Source: Candidatus Nomurabacteria bacterium (GTDB lineage: Bacteria; Patescibacteriota; Minisyncoccia; Phycocordibacterales; UBA9973). From it: DNA of 64,000 bases. The notes beneath the pieces were generated by a model. That model was given only the letters and a program-made list of their open reading frames with translations, ran no database searches and was not told the DNA's origin. Positions 20,291 to 31,348 of this stretch are shown here, one piece after another; the first letter of the stretch is position 1; each line of letters opens with the position of its first letter. The translations under genes and the position numbers were made by a program. The DNA is taken from NCBI GenBank assembly GCA_023267195.1, contig JAHFNT010000002.1, positions 87,830-151,829 of the forward strand. Reading direction: 5' to 3'.

Positions 20291-20818
20291 CTACAATTCC
20301 ATCAACTTTTTGTAAAGCTCATAAGTCGCGCGGGCATCCGGCAAAGCAGTGTGCGCACGCTCATTTTTTATACCAAAATAAAGACACATCTCATGCAAGG
20401 AAAAATGCTCAAGATTAGGCTCTTTATGCATTTTAGCCCAAGCGATAGATACTGTATCAAGTTTGTGGTAATGCATAGAATTCTTTATTTGTATTTTACT
20501 GAAAGCATATTCCAAAAACCCCGCATCGAAGGCAACGTTGTGCCCCACCATAATACAACCTTCCACTTTTTCTACAAATATTTTTAGTGCCTTTTCCAGG
20601 CTGTAAGCCTTTTCCCAATTTAAGGGATCATAGTGATTTATTTTTAGAGCCACCGGGTCGGCATCTTCTATGTGCTCGGGTTTTATTTTTAATTCAAATT
20701 CTTCAATCAGTTCAAGCTCCGAAGTAGTCAGCACACAACCAATTTCAATAATCTCATTTTTTAGCAAATTGAGACCGGTAGTTTCTATGTCCACAAAAGC
20801 AAAATTGTGTTTACGCAT
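20291..20818 (-). CDS. DEDDh 3'-5' exonuclease (DnaQ/epsilon-like)
   Basis: The Exo I, II and III motifs are FVDIETTGL, HNVAFDAGFL and HTALPDARATYELY. Confidence 0.8.
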   Translation of the reverse strand: MRKHNFAFVDIETTGLNLLKNEIIEIGCVLTTSELELIEEFELKIKPEHIEDADPVALKINHYDPLNWEKAYSLEKALKIFVEKVEGCIMVGHNVAFDAGFLEYAFSKIQIKNSMHYHKLDTVSIAWAKMHKEPNLEHFSLHEMCLYFGIKNERAHTALPDARATYELYKKLMEL

Positions 20819-20819
20819 C

Positions 20820-21713
20820 TTATTTTAAATATTTTACTATATTTTTAGAATGTTCGGCAAAATTTTTGGCATAATGAATATTTCCGTTTTTATCGTGCAA
20901 ATAATATAGATAGGGAGAACTTTGCGGATTGATAGAAGCGATGATAGCCGGAAGCCCAGGATTCGCAATCGGGACGACTGGCAACCCTTTGGTCTTGTAA
21001 GTATCAGGTGCAGCGTCCACTTGAAGCGGCATACTTATTTTAATTCTTTTCCATAAAATTCCAGAGATAATACCCCTATCCACGTCCCCTTTGGCTTCAC
21101 GTTCAATAATTGAAGCCATAATAATGATATCTTCCTTACTTTTGCCTGATCTATCGATGGCAGGTAGAAGAGGCGCAATTCTTTTATTAAAATTATCACC
21201 CAGAGAATTGATCACTTCTTTTTCAGTATCATCAGTTAAGAAAAAATAGGTATCTGGAAAGAGGTATCCCTCCATTTTTTTTGCTTGCGACAAAAATTGA
21301 TCTTGATTAAAATTTTTCAACTTTAGAGCAAAGGTTTCTGCAATTTGCTCTAGATCAAAACCTTCAGGAATCGTGACTGAGATTGGCGCCATGTTGTGCT
21401 CACCCTTTGATATTCTGCGCGCAATTTCAAAAACCGGCAATTTATCTTCAAAGTAGTAATCAGTGGAAATGACATTTTTTTCGCCTCCAAAAATTACTAC
21501 GAAGGTTTCAAACAAAACATGCGAGCGTATAAAATTCTGACTTTTTAGTTGGAGAGACGTACTGCGCAAACTGGATCCTTTTTCTACTCGAAACACAGAA
21601 TTTACCGGGAAATTACCCGGCGCGCTTAAAAATATAAAATAAAAGAGAACACAAAATACAAACGCGCTAAACGCATAAAATAAAACTTTATTAGCCAAAA
21701 TAAAATTTCGCAT
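20820..21713 (-). CDS. mltG: endolytic murein transglycosylase MltG (YceG family)
   Basis: N-terminal TM, then GYLFPDTY, ASIIEREA and LQVDA..DTY..GLP..PI.NPG. Confidence 0.85.
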   Translation of the reverse strand: MRNFILANKVLFYAFSAFVFCVLFYFIFLSAPGNFPVNSVFRVEKGSSLRSTSLQLKSQNFIRSHVLFETFVVIFGGEKNVISTDYYFEDKLPVFEIARRISKGEHNMAPISVTIPEGFDLEQIAETFALKLKNFNQDQFLSQAKKMEGYLFPDTYFFLTDDTEKEVINSLGDNFNKRIAPLLPAIDRSGKSKEDIIIMASIIEREAKGDVDRGIISGILWKRIKISMPLQVDAAPDTYKTKGLPVVPIANPGLPAIIASINPQSSPYLYYLHDKNGNIHYAKNFAEHSKNIVKYLK

Positions 21714-21716
21714 AAA

Positions 21717-23135
21717 TTATATGGGCAAATTTGTCGGCGGAGCGGCCTCTTTTGATTCAATGCGTTCAAGGGTTGGAACTTTCAAGATCTGGCCTGGGAA
21801 ATGCCACAAGGTCGCGAGTTCTTCGACGTTTAAGACAAAAGTGTAATGATGAAAATAAGCTTTAATCAGAGCATCCAGAGAAATAACTCCGGAAATAGGC
21901 CAGTCCCAATGATGTTGAGAAAAAATATGATGACGGAGAGGCAGATGGAAAAATGCCCGTTCTCGGTATTCATTCAGCATTCTGTTAGCCAACATCATAA
22001 CAGTTTTTTGGGAAGCAATAAAATATCCACCATATGCATCCCCTTGGGCTGAGTTGCAACGCACCAGGCCATTTGAGTCAGGTGATGCATATTGGCGAAA
22101 AACTAGGCGTAGATTTCTCCTATTACTCATATCATATACTTCCTTTTTGGCAATATAACAAACTCGAATACCAGTATCAAAACCAATTTTACCGGTTTTC
22201 GCGCTCATCGCTTTGGTAACTCTATCTAGAAATGCCGGAACGCGGATTTCAATTCTAGCTACTTTAATAACTGCCGCGCCCTCCTGTTCCTTTCTTTGAG
22301 AAGTATAGGGGGAAAGCAATCTTAACAATTCTTCCCTTGCTTCCTCTACCCAGTCATGTGTACCAAACCAAGTACCATGAGTTTTATATTCTTTCTTGGA
22401 TGGAGTAATCACGATCTGCATCCACATCTGTTCTCCTTTTTTTAGAGAACCGAAAAGTTCTATAACGGGAGAAATAGGGTCAACTTTAAATTCTTCCTTT
22501 GGATCTTTGTCGAGCCCATAATCAACATAAGTCTTGAGTGGATAAGCTTCTGGTTTTAATAATTTAAACTCGCAACCCCAGCCATTCCAAGCGCTTTTGG
22601 GAGAAATTTCATCAACCGCTAAAGTATAATCCTCTACTTCTTTGACCTGTGCCTGAGGATATTGCGCATACATTTGCGTCTCTATTAGGCCCCGTACGCG
22701 AGTAGGCGTCCGAATGTAAAAATGCACTTGCCCGTCAATCGAAGCAATTTCCAGGGAAAACCAAAACCAAACTGCTCCCTGCCACCACTCTTCGGCTCCT
22801 CCCTTCAAACTCCAGTGGTATAGAGCATTAGTAAAGAAAAGCTCCATGGCTTTCGGACTCCGCAAGACTTCACGCGGAGGAATTATTTCTAACAAAACAA
22901 AATCTATACCCGAAATAAAATCCTGCTGAATATAATGAAGCCATAACTTCCAAGCAATTCGACCAAGTACTACAACCCCAATGATAGACAAGGCGAGCCG
23001 AATTAAACCATATTGTAAATTATATTTAACAAGAAAATACCCGATTACAATAACCAGGATAGCAATCCAATGTTCCTTTAAAGTTTCTTCAATAGAATCT
23101 AAAATTCCTCCGGAGCCATGTTGTTCATCAGCCAT
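21717..23135 (-). CDS. hypothetical membrane protein (two N-terminal TM helices, large conserved C-terminal domain)
   Basis: No recognisable catalytic motif. Co-directional with, and immediately downstream of, the sigma-region-4/HARE-HTH gene. Confidence 0.45.
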   Translation of the reverse strand: MADEQHGSGGILDSIEETLKEHWIAILVIVIGYFLVKYNLQYGLIRLALSIIGVVVLGRIAWKLWLHYIQQDFISGIDFVLLEIIPPREVLRSPKAMELFFTNALYHWSLKGGAEEWWQGAVWFWFSLEIASIDGQVHFYIRTPTRVRGLIETQMYAQYPQAQVKEVEDYTLAVDEISPKSAWNGWGCEFKLLKPEAYPLKTYVDYGLDKDPKEEFKVDPISPVIELFGSLKKGEQMWMQIVITPSKKEYKTHGTWFGTHDWVEEAREELLRLLSPYTSQRKEQEGAAVIKVARIEIRVPAFLDRVTKAMSAKTGKIGFDTGIRVCYIAKKEVYDMSNRRNLRLVFRQYASPDSNGLVRCNSAQGDAYGGYFIASQKTVMMLANRMLNEYRERAFFHLPLRHHIFSQHHWDWPISGVISLDALIKAYFHHYTFVLNVEELATLWHFPGQILKVPTLERIESKEAAPPTNLPI

Positions 23136-23170
23136 TCTTCTATTTTAGTATACAAACGAGAAAAAACAAA

Positions 23171-23212
23171 ACCCCACCCTTCGCCCTCCCCTGACAGGGG
23201 AGGGTTGGGAGA
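23171..23212 (-). terminator. GC-rich hairpin (repeat-family member) acting as terminator of the 23215-24246 gene
   Basis: ccccacccttcgCCCTCCCCtgacaGGGGAGGGttgggagagg, followed on the minus strand by ttttgtttttt. Confidence 0.55.
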
Positions 23213-23214
23213 GG

Positions 23215-24246
23215 TTAGGCAATAGTATAAAGCCCGCTTTTGTTCTTTTTGAAATATTTTGAATTGGCGAGATTTACTAAGATAGTGTTCTTTTTGAAAT
23301 ATCTTTCTTTCATTACTCTTTTGACAATTTCCTCTTTGGACAAAGCGCCTCCCTCTCTTTTCAAAATATCTTCTATAACTTCTCGTGCAATGCCAGCTTT
23401 ATATCCCCATTCAGCTAGTGCATACATTCCTCTGCCAACCAAGATAAAACGCGAATCTTTGATAAGTTCATTATGACAAGTGGCATAGTGTGTTTTTTTG
23501 CCAAAGGTTTTTGAAATTGCGTCTGCCACTTCTCTAAAATGCATAGGTGAACCATGGCGTCTCATTACCAAAAAGGCATAATCTTTAACTCCGCGAGTGC
23601 GAATATTCGGAGAAGTAGCTTTACCCCATTCACCCAAACCGTTTTTGGCTACGGATTTAGACATGGAGAGCCATCTCTTAGCCATCTCTTCGTCCCTATA
23701 TTCCACAGCTATATCTTTCATTTGATCAAAAAACTTTTTAATCATCTCAGTTTCCGGAATAAGATCTTCGTCTTTGAGAGAAGCGAAAAGTTTACGCAAG
23801 GCATCATGAACCTTTTCTGCCATTCCATCATCGACACTCCAACGTACATGAAAATGCTCATCCTCACGATGCTTTTTAAAAATATCTGAGAGTACTAAAA
23901 AGAAATGAATATGATTCTGGGTTGCTTTGTCTTTTGCAATATAAGGAAGAAGCTCATGTTCAGCAACAACAGAACCTAATTTGTACATTAATTGTTTTAA
24001 TTCGTCAAAAACAGCCTGCTCAGTTTTATAAACACTAGATTTCTTAATGAGTTTTAATGCTGCATCTTCAATCTGTCTTACACGCTCTCGGGTAATGTTA
24101 TATTTCTTGCCGATTTCTTCAAGAGTTTTTCTTTTGCCATCAGCAGTTAAACCAAAACGGTTCATGATCACATCCAGAGCTCGATTCTGCAGATGCGAAG
24201 TAATTTTTTTGGTAATTTTTTTGGGTTTAAAAGATATCGCCGGCAT
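23215..24246 (-). CDS. sigma-70 region-4 HTH domain protein fused to a HARE-HTH-like C-terminal domain
   Basis: RKTLEEIGKKYNITRERVRQIEDAALKKL (sigma region 4.2), and C-terminal HFREVADAISKTF...RFILVGRGMYALAEW (HARE-HTH-like). Confidence 0.5.
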   Translation of the reverse strand: MPAISFKPKKITKKITSHLQNRALDVIMNRFGLTADGKRKTLEEIGKKYNITRERVRQIEDAALKLIKKSSVYKTEQAVFDELKQLMYKLGSVVAEHELLPYIAKDKATQNHIHFFLVLSDIFKKHREDEHFHVRWSVDDGMAEKVHDALRKLFASLKDEDLIPETEMIKKFFDQMKDIAVEYRDEEMAKRWLSMSKSVAKNGLGEWGKATSPNIRTRGVKDYAFLVMRRHGSPMHFREVADAISKTFGKKTHYATCHNELIKDSRFILVGRGMYALAEWGYKAGIAREVIEDILKREGGALSKEEIVKRVMKERYFKKNTILVNLANSKYFKKNKSGLYTIA

Positions 24247-24302
24247 ATTTATATTATATCATTAAAATTATTTTTTGTTTAATACTATGACTGTTGTTTA
24301 CT

Positions 24303-26123
24303 TTATTCTCTCTTTGCTTTAACCCGGTCGATTTCGGTCAGATATTTCTTACGCAGACGAACTGATTTCGGGGTAATTTCTAGGTATTCATCATGATTCA
24401 TAACCTCAAGCCCCCGTTCAATATTTAAAACAAAGACTGGATTTAAGGTTATAGCCTCGTCTGTACCAGATGCTCGCATATTGGTAAGCTGTTTCCCTTT
24501 GGTAGGATTCACAGACATATCGTCTCCCTTCAAAACATTACCAACGACCATTCCCTCATACACTTCCGTTCCATGGCCTATATATAGTATACCACGTTCT
24601 TGTAAATTTGCAAGAGAAAACGCTACTGCCTTGCCAGAAACCATGGAAGTCATTGAACCATACTCTCTTTTTCTTATATCTCCGGCATATTCTCTAAAAC
24701 CCGTAACTCGTGAACTCATTATTCCTTCCCCTTTTGTATCTATAATAAATTCACTGCGGTATCCCAAAAGCCCGCGAGTAGGTATATCAAAAATGACCCT
24801 TGCAATACCATGTTTTTCTACCATATCTTTCATAATCCCTCTTCTTTTGCCTATCTTTTCAATAACTTGACCAGAAGCTTCCATTGGCACGTCTATCACC
24901 AGCTCTTCATATGGTTCACTTCGTTCACCATGATTTTCTTTGAAAATCACTTCTGGTTGAGAAACTTGCATTTCAAAACCCTCTCGACGCATATTTTCGA
25001 GCAATATAGCTATATGAAGTTCACCACGACCGTACACCTTAAAAAAAGACGGACCCATTTTGTTTACACCCTGATCAGGGGAAAAATCCACCCGAAGCCC
25101 CACATTAATTTCCAGCTCTTTTTCCAACCGCTCTTTTATCTGCCTAGAAGTAACAAATTTTCCATCACGCCCAGCAAACGGCGAATCATTCACTAAAAAG
25201 TTAAGCGACAAGGTGGGTTCATCTATCTCAATATGAGGGAGCGCTTCCACACTCTCATCTTCACAGATCGTCTCCCCTATGTAGATATCTGGAATACCCG
25301 CCAAGAGCACAATATCGCCAGAGATCGCATTTTCAATCTCCTTTCTGTTTATCCCTTCAAAAGAAAACAATTTTGTTATCTTGCCCTTGCGCACTCCATG
25401 TTGTCCATCAACATTGCCCTTTATAAAAATTTGGCTCCCAGATAAAATTTTCCCAGAATAAATACGCGCCACGGCCAACCTGCCCAAAAAGTTGTCATAT
25501 CCTAGATTAAAAACTTGCGCAGACATTTTTTTGTCGGTAGCTCCAACAGAGGCGGGCGAAACTTTTTCTAAAATCAAGTCTAGGAGCGGATTTAAATTAT
25601 CTGATTTATCACCAAGGTTCCTAAAAGCTACACCCTCCCGTCCAATGGCATAAATGGTTTCAAAATTTGCCTGTTCCTCACTGGCACCCAATTCAAAAAA
25701 TAATTCTAAAATTTCTTCGTGCACGCGATGTGCATCAGCAGCTGGTTTATCAATTTTATTAATTACCACAATGGGCTTTAGTCCAAGTTCTAGAGATTTT
25801 TTTAAGACGAATCTTGTCTGCGGCATTGGACCTTCTGCTGCATCTACTAGTAAAAGAACTGAATCAATTGCTCGCAACACACGCTCTACTTCCGAACCAA
25901 AATCCGCGTGACCGGGAGTATCTACTATATTGATCTTGGTATTTTTATAGTAAATAGAAGTATTTTTAGAATAAATAGTAATTCCACGCTCTTTTTCTAG
26001 GTCGTTTGAATCCATTGATACGCCTTCATCTTGCAAGGCTCCATTTTGCCTCATTAATGCATCGGTCAAGGTCGTCTTACCGTGATCCACATGAGCTATG
26101 ATTGCTATATTTCTTATTTCCAT
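24303..26123 (-). CDS. typA: translational GTPase TypA/BipA
   Basis: IRNIAIIAHVDHGKTTL, DTPGHADF, NKIDK. About 600 aa with the BipA C-terminal domain. The first in-frame ATG was used. Confidence 0.93.
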   Translation of the reverse strand: MEIRNIAIIAHVDHGKTTLTDALMRQNGALQDEGVSMDSNDLEKERGITIYSKNTSIYYKNTKINIVDTPGHADFGSEVERVLRAIDSVLLLVDAAEGPMPQTRFVLKKSLELGLKPIVVINKIDKPAADAHRVHEEILELFFELGASEEQANFETIYAIGREGVAFRNLGDKSDNLNPLLDLILEKVSPASVGATDKKMSAQVFNLGYDNFLGRLAVARIYSGKILSGSQIFIKGNVDGQHGVRKGKITKLFSFEGINRKEIENAISGDIVLLAGIPDIYIGETICEDESVEALPHIEIDEPTLSLNFLVNDSPFAGRDGKFVTSRQIKERLEKELEINVGLRVDFSPDQGVNKMGPSFFKVYGRGELHIAILLENMRREGFEMQVSQPEVIFKENHGERSEPYEELVIDVPMEASGQVIEKIGKRRGIMKDMVEKHGIARVIFDIPTRGLLGYRSEFIIDTKGEGIMSSRVTGFREYAGDIRKREYGSMTSMVSGKAVAFSLANLQERGILYIGHGTEVYEGMVVGNVLKGDDMSVNPTKGKQLTNMRASGTDEAITLNPVFVLNIERGLEVMNHDEYLEITPKSVRLRKKYLTEIDRVKAKRE

Positions 26124-26194
26124 ATAAATGGTCAAACAAAAAAGCCCTAAGGCCTTTTTGTAATTACTCTCATAATAACATAGCTCTGCGAAAA

Positions 26195-26623
26195 CTACAA
26201 ATTTTTCTTGTTGCTGATTATTTTTACAATTTTTGCCACTAGAGTATTTGTTGTCTTCTCTAAATCTCCGTTCACTATTACCTTGGCCCCCACCGCTAGA
26301 TCAGAGGCGGCCGTCTCTAGGCCATTTTTTTTGTATTTTGTATCAACATCTGTTTTCACATCGATAGAAGATACAGCTTTCGTCCGCAGATTTTTTACTT
26401 CCAGTGTAAAACCAGTGCCATTTACAGCCAAAACAGTTCCAACTACATTACTTCTAGTTTTATTTCTAATTTTTGAATTCTTATCGCTCTTATTTTGTCT
26501 TTGGTAAGTTTGCTGGGTATTTTTAATTCCTAAATCCTGCGGTGTGGCAGCAAAGACAGTTGAACCTGAGACTAACAACGATATGGCAAGCGCACCTGTG
26601 GCAATTTGTTTTTTATATTTCAT
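26195..26623 (-). CDS. secreted hypothetical protein (signal peptide; DUF5666-like beta-rich C-terminus)
   Basis: MKYKKQIATGALAISLLVSGSTVFA signal. Adjacent to the two-component system. Confidence 0.45.
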   Translation of the reverse strand: MKYKKQIATGALAISLLVSGSTVFAATPQDLGIKNTQQTYQRQNKSDKNSKIRNKTRSNVVGTVLAVNGTGFTLEVKNLRTKAVSSIDVKTDVDTKYKKNGLETAASDLAVGAKVIVNGDLEKTTNTLVAKIVKIISNKKNL

Positions 26624-26741
26624 GTCAATAATTTTGATTATTTTAATAAATTTATTAATTTTTCTGCATATTATTAATGATAAAGTTACCTAAAAACGAC
26701 TCTTTTAAGTAACACTCACATTTTAGAAAGATACTATGAAG

Positions 26742-27773
26742 TTATTGTGAAGGGATGGGTAAAGCAATAATCACTTGTGTGCCTTTTTTCGCTTGGCTTT
26801 TTATAGATATTGTTCCCTTATGGTTCTCAATAATTTGTTTTGACAAGGTAAGACCAAGTCCAGCTCCCTCCGTACTATGCGACACATTAGCTCTAAAAAA
26901 TGGATCAAAAACCTTGTCAATAACCCCCTCCGGAATCCCTACGCCAGTATCGCTTATGGTTACGACATATTTGCCGGAAATAATTTTATCTTCAAGTGTT
27001 ATTATTCCACTGGGTGGTGTGTATTTAATAGCATTATCTAAAATATTAAAGAATACACGCTCAAGTTCAATCTTATTGCCAATCACTTTCGGCTTATTAG
27101 CTAATCTATTTTCAATATTAATATTTTTTACATTCGCCAAACTTTTATTTTTTTCTACCACAGAATTTATAGTTTCGTTTATGTCAACTTTTTCCTGCTT
27201 TACTTTTATCGGCGCATTATATGTGGATATGTCAAGTAAGCTCTTGCTTAATTTTGAAAATTCTCTCATTTCTTCTAGGGTGTTTCCGAGAGCTTGCTTC
27301 GCCCCCGAGAGATCTAAATTTTTATTATTTAGACTTACTTCGAGACCGGATATAACCACTGAGATGGGGGTACGGAGTTCGTGAGACGCATCAGCAATAA
27401 ATCTTTTTTGCCTTTGCATATTAGATTCAATTGGTTCCAAAGTTTTATGGGTAAGCAAAAACCCAAAGACAATAACAAAAAGTATTATAATGGAATCTAT
27501 GGTTATAAAACGGTTGAGCAGTATATCCCGAGCTTTGTCTATAATAGATTCCGCAACTCTCGGATCTAAAAAAAATATATTTTCTGAAATTGACTGAGCA
27601 AGATTTGAAAGAATTGTGTTGTAAAGCACAATACTTGAACCACCCAAAATCACCATTGCGGTAATGGAATAATAAAAAGTGAGCTTAAGCCGAGCAATAA
27701 AAAAGTCGTCGGGTTTATTATTTGTTTTCCATTCGGTAACCAACCCCTCTAATTGTTTGAATAATTTTTCCAT
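26742..27773 (-). CDS. sensor histidine kinase (HisKA + HATPase_c)
   Basis: H-box ADASHELRTPISVV, with N, G1 and G2 boxes (DTGVGIPE...GLGLTLSKQI). The ORF as drawn overlaps the RR stop by 56 nt, so the start is uncertain. Confidence 0.85.
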   Translation of the reverse strand: MEKLFKQLEGLVTEWKTNNKPDDFFIARLKLTFYYSITAMVILGGSSIVLYNTILSNLAQSISENIFFLDPRVAESIIDKARDILLNRFITIDSIIILFVIVFGFLLTHKTLEPIESNMQRQKRFIADASHELRTPISVVISGLEVSLNNKNLDLSGAKQALGNTLEEMREFSKLSKSLLDISTYNAPIKVKQEKVDINETINSVVEKNKSLANVKNINIENRLANKPKVIGNKIELERVFFNILDNAIKYTPPSGIITLEDKIISGKYVVTISDTGVGIPEGVIDKVFDPFFRANVSHSTEGAGLGLTLSKQIIENHKGTISIKSQAKKGTQVIIALPIPSQ

Positions 27774-28389
27774 TATCGTGAATTTTTTTTCTCAAGTTTT
27801 TTATATGCACATCGACAGTATTGCTAAAAGATGAATCCGCAAAATCCCAAGCGTGTGAATATAAATCATCTCGCGTAACAACTTTATTGATATTACGCAT
27901 CAAATATTCAAGAACCATGAATTCCTTGAGAGTCAGAGAAATAGGCTTGTTTTTATAATTTACGATGCGGCTTGTTGTGTTAATGCTTATATCTTTGTAA
28001 TTAATTATGTCCGGAAATGACTGAGGTGGACGACGCAAGAGTGCGTGAATACGTGCGAGAAGTTCTTTAAAAGCAAAAGGCTTCGCTAGATAATCATCCG
28101 CGCCAGCATCGAGACCTGCAACCTTATCGTCTGTGGTATCAAGCGCAGTAAGCATCAGTACTGGAGTCACTACATTATTTTCACGCCAGTTGCTGCAGAC
28201 AGAAACACCATCTTTTCCAGGGAGCATTCTATCTAAAACAACCAAGTCATACTCGCCGCGATTGATCAGTATTCGGCGTTCTGCCACCAATCCATCTTCC
28301 ACAATATCAACGGCGTAACCTTCCTGGGATAAGCCCTGCTTTATATTTTCCGCCAATTTTCTATTATCTTCCACAACCAAAATCTTCAT
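27718..28389 (-). CDS. OmpR-family response regulator
   Basis: MKILVVEDN...DLVVLDRMLPGKDG receiver domain, plus a C-terminal winged helix (...IQTIRGVGYRM). Confidence 0.9.
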   Translation of the reverse strand: MKILVVEDNRKLAENIKQGLSQEGYAVDIVEDGLVAERRILINRGEYDLVVLDRMLPGKDGVSVCSNWRENNVVTPVLMLTALDTTDDKVAGLDAGADDYLAKPFAFKELLARIHALLRRPPQSFPDIINYKDISINTTSRIVNYKNKPISLTLKEFMVLEYLMRNINKVVTRDDLYSHAWDFADSSFSNTVDVHIKNLRKKIHDNGKIIQTIRGVGYRMENK

Positions 28390-28467
28390 ACCTATATGAT
28401 AACACCAAGAAGTGAAATCCGGATGAAGGGATGCAAAAGATAGTGTTTTGTGCTATTTTATATAGGC

Positions 28468-28553
28468 GCGTCGGTGGTAGAGTGGTCAATTACAACAGAC
28501 TGTAAATCTGTCGCCTTCGGGCTACGAAGGTTCGAATCCTTCCCGACGCACCA
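28468..28553 (+). tRNA. tRNA-Tyr (GTA)
   Basis: Hand-folded cloverleaf: acceptor gcgtcgg/ccgacgc, anticodon stem acaga/tctgt with loop ctGTAaa, long variable arm (gcc-ttcg-ggc), T-arm gaagg-ttcgaat-ccttc, CCA encoded. Confidence 0.8.
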
Positions 28554-28641
28554 TGAAAAGTTTGCTTTATACGATAGGAATAGTCCTACTAATTGCGATC
28601 GTAATTTTTGCGATTCTTGGTTTTGCTTTGTCGAATATGTT

Positions 28642-31344
28642 TTAAACCGACGAGCGAGATCGAACATGAATAGAACTTTTAATTCTATTCTTTTTAGTTT
28701 CAATAAAAAGATCATTTCCTTTCACAGACACATGTACTGTGTCCCCTTTTTTGACACCATTGGAGATTATATATGAAGCAACAGGATTCAAAATTTTATT
28801 TTGAATGAGACGATTTAGAGGTCTCGCGCCAAAATGCGGATCATAACCAGTTTTTGCCAAATACAAAAGTGCTTCAGAAGAAATTTCAAAATTTATTCCT
28901 TTGCCAGCCAAGCGATCAGCCACAACTTTTATTCTCAAATTAACTATTTCTTTCAGAGCAGCCTCCGACAGCACGTCAAAGACAATAATCTCATCAAGGC
29001 GATTCAAAAATTCCGGACGGAAATTGTCTTTCAGGGCATCCATAACCTTTTCTTTCATGTTGCTATAATCCACTTTAGCAGAATTATTCGAAAATCCAAT
29101 TGATTCCATTTTCTCCACAAATTGTGAACCGATGTTCGAAGTGAGAATGATAATAGTATTTTTGAAATTTACTACTCGTCCCTTGCCATCAGTCAAACGC
29201 CCTTCGTCAATAAGCTGCAGAAGCACATTGAAAACTTCTGGGTGAGCCTTTTCAATCTCGTCAAAAAGTATCACTGCATAGGGTCTGTGGCGAACAGCTT
29301 CTGTGAGTTGTCCGGCTTCATCATATCCCACATATCCTGGCGGCGAACCGATCAGTTTGGACATCGAATGTTTCTCCATATACTCGGACATATCTACGCG
29401 GATAATAGCGTTGTCGTCATTAAACATAAATTGGGAAAGTGCTTTGGTAAGTTCCGTTTTCCCCACCCCTGTCGGACCCAAAAAGATGAAAGAACCAATT
29501 GGCCTGTTTGGATCTCCAATACCGGCGCGAGAGCGACGAATGACATCAGACACTCGCTTGATTGCGACATCTTGTCCGACCACTCTTTTGCCTAATTCTG
29601 TTTCCATTTTTTCAAGTTTTTCCCGCTCTTCCTCAAGCATCTTAGTGAGCGGTATGCCGGTCCATCTTGCAACAACTTCTGCGATATCTTCCGCGGTAAT
29701 TTCCTCTTTTAAGATTCGGCGGGACTTTTGCAGCTTTTTCAATCGGGCAAGTTTTGTTTCTAAATCTTTCTTAAGAGCTGGTATTTTCCCATAACGTATC
29801 TCTGCTGCTCTGGATAAATCAGATCTCATTTCGGCATCCTCGGCCTCCAGGCGGATACTCTCCATTTCCTTTTTAATAGCACGAATCTCTGAAACAGTTT
29901 CTTTTTCGTTCTGCCATTTCAATTCGAGCTCTTTGGTTTTCTCCGATAAATTTCCTATCTCCTTGTCAATTTCTTTAATTCTGTTTTTTATTTCTTTTTC
30001 CTTTTGCTTATCTTCTTTTTGTTCTATAGAATTAGAGCTAATTTCTTTTTTCAATGCCTCTTTTTCAATTTCCAAACGCATTATTTTTCGGTGCGCATCT
30101 TCAAGAACAGGCGGTTTGTTCTCGAGCATTATCTTGAGAGAGGAAGAAGCTTCGTCGATCAAATCAACAGCCTTATCTGGCAAAAATCGATTGGTAATAT
30201 AACGGGAAGAAAAATTAACTGCAGCCACTATTGCGTCATCGGTAATTCTTATGCCATGAAAAAGCTCATATCTTTCTTTGAGTCCTCGCAAAATAGCAAT
30301 CGCGTCCTCGATGCTTGGCTCATCAATGTAAACCGGCTGGAAACGTCGAGCCAAAGCTGGGTCTTTTTCAATATGTTTTTGATATTCACGCAAAGTAGTT
30401 GCGCCAATTGCCCGAAGTTCCCCGCGCGAGAGTGCAGGTTTTAACATATTTGAAGCATCCATCGTACCTTCAGCACCACCAGCTCCGACAATGGTATGAA
30501 TTTCGTCAATGAAAAGAATTATTTTTGCATCTGATCTTTCTACTTCTTTCATAATACCCTTTAATCTTTCCTCAAACTCTCCGCGGTATTTTGTGCCAGC
30601 CACCAGAAGCCCCAGATCTAGTGAAACAAGCTCTTTATCTTTAAGCGACTCGGGAACATTATTTTTGGCGATCATTTGGGCTAGACCTTCTACTACGGCC
30701 GTCTTGCCTGTTCCAGCTTCGCCTATCAAGATAGGGTTATTCTTAGTTCGACGAGACAGTATTTGCATAATACGAGTTATTTCATTATCTCTCCCAATCA
30801 CTGGATCAAGCTTGTCTTCCTTTGCCAACTTGGTCAAATTGCGTGTATATTTCAAGAGCAATTTAAATTTCTTGGGCTCAGTTACATCAGTAATATTTTG
30901 GCTGCGAAGTTCTTCTAAAACTTTCATAACTTGATCTTTGTGAATTCTGAATCGCGCCAAAGTTTCGCGCGCTTCACTAGTAACTTCCAAAATTGCGATG
31001 AAAAGATGTTCAGTTGAAACAAAATCATCTTTCATGTATTCCGCCAATTTTGCCGATTGTTCGATAACTTGCGCTAAATCCGGATTGAGATAAATCTGAT
31101 AGGAAGGAGAAATCGTACTGCGTGATTCAGGCAATTCAATCATTTCTAAAACAGAATCGGTCAGAAGCATTGTATCAATTTCTAATTTATCTAAAATAGA
31201 ATTAACCATCGACTCCTCCTGGAGCAGAAGAGCCGCGAGTAGGTGCAGCGAAGAAACATGATTGACTCCGCGCTCAATAGCGAGCTCGTGGGCTTTTTTA
31301 ATTGCGTCCTTGGCTTTAGTTGTAAATTTATTTAATGGTGGCAT
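28642..31344 (-). CDS. clpB: ATP-dependent chaperone ClpB
   Basis: Clp_N, two AAA modules (GEAGTGKTA; GPTGVGKTE), and a middle coiled-coil domain. Confidence 0.95.
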   Translation of the reverse strand: MPPLNKFTTKAKDAIKKAHELAIERGVNHVSSLHLLAALLLQEESMVNSILDKLEIDTMLLTDSVLEMIELPESRSTISPSYQIYLNPDLAQVIEQSAKLAEYMKDDFVSTEHLFIAILEVTSEARETLARFRIHKDQVMKVLEELRSQNITDVTEPKKFKLLLKYTRNLTKLAKEDKLDPVIGRDNEITRIMQILSRRTKNNPILIGEAGTGKTAVVEGLAQMIAKNNVPESLKDKELVSLDLGLLVAGTKYRGEFEERLKGIMKEVERSDAKIILFIDEIHTIVGAGGAEGTMDASNMLKPALSRGELRAIGATTLREYQKHIEKDPALARRFQPVYIDEPSIEDAIAILRGLKERYELFHGIRITDDAIVAAVNFSSRYITNRFLPDKAVDLIDEASSSLKIMLENKPPVLEDAHRKIMRLEIEKEALKKEISSNSIEQKEDKQKEKEIKNRIKEIDKEIGNLSEKTKELELKWQNEKETVSEIRAIKKEMESIRLEAEDAEMRSDLSRAAEIRYGKIPALKKDLETKLARLKKLQKSRRILKEEITAEDIAEVVARWTGIPLTKMLEEEREKLEKMETELGKRVVGQDVAIKRVSDVIRRSRAGIGDPNRPIGSFIFLGPTGVGKTELTKALSQFMFNDDNAIIRVDMSEYMEKHSMSKLIGSPPGYVGYDEAGQLTEAVRHRPYAVILFDEIEKAHPEVFNVLLQLIDEGRLTDGKGRVVNFKNTIIILTSNIGSQFVEKMESIGFSNNSAKVDYSNMKEKVMDALKDNFRPEFLNRLDEIIVFDVLSEAALKEIVNLRIKVVADRLAGKGINFEISSEALLYLAKTGYDPHFGARPLNRLIQNKILNPVASYIISNGVKKGDTVHVSVKGNDLFIETKKNRIKSSIHVRSRSSV

Positions 31345-31348
31345 AAAA

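Noticed and set aside
28450-28776. ORFs 28450-28776 (+) and 28458-28715 (-)
   Set aside because: They overlap the hand-folded tRNA-Tyr gene and the clpB 3' end, so they are spurious.
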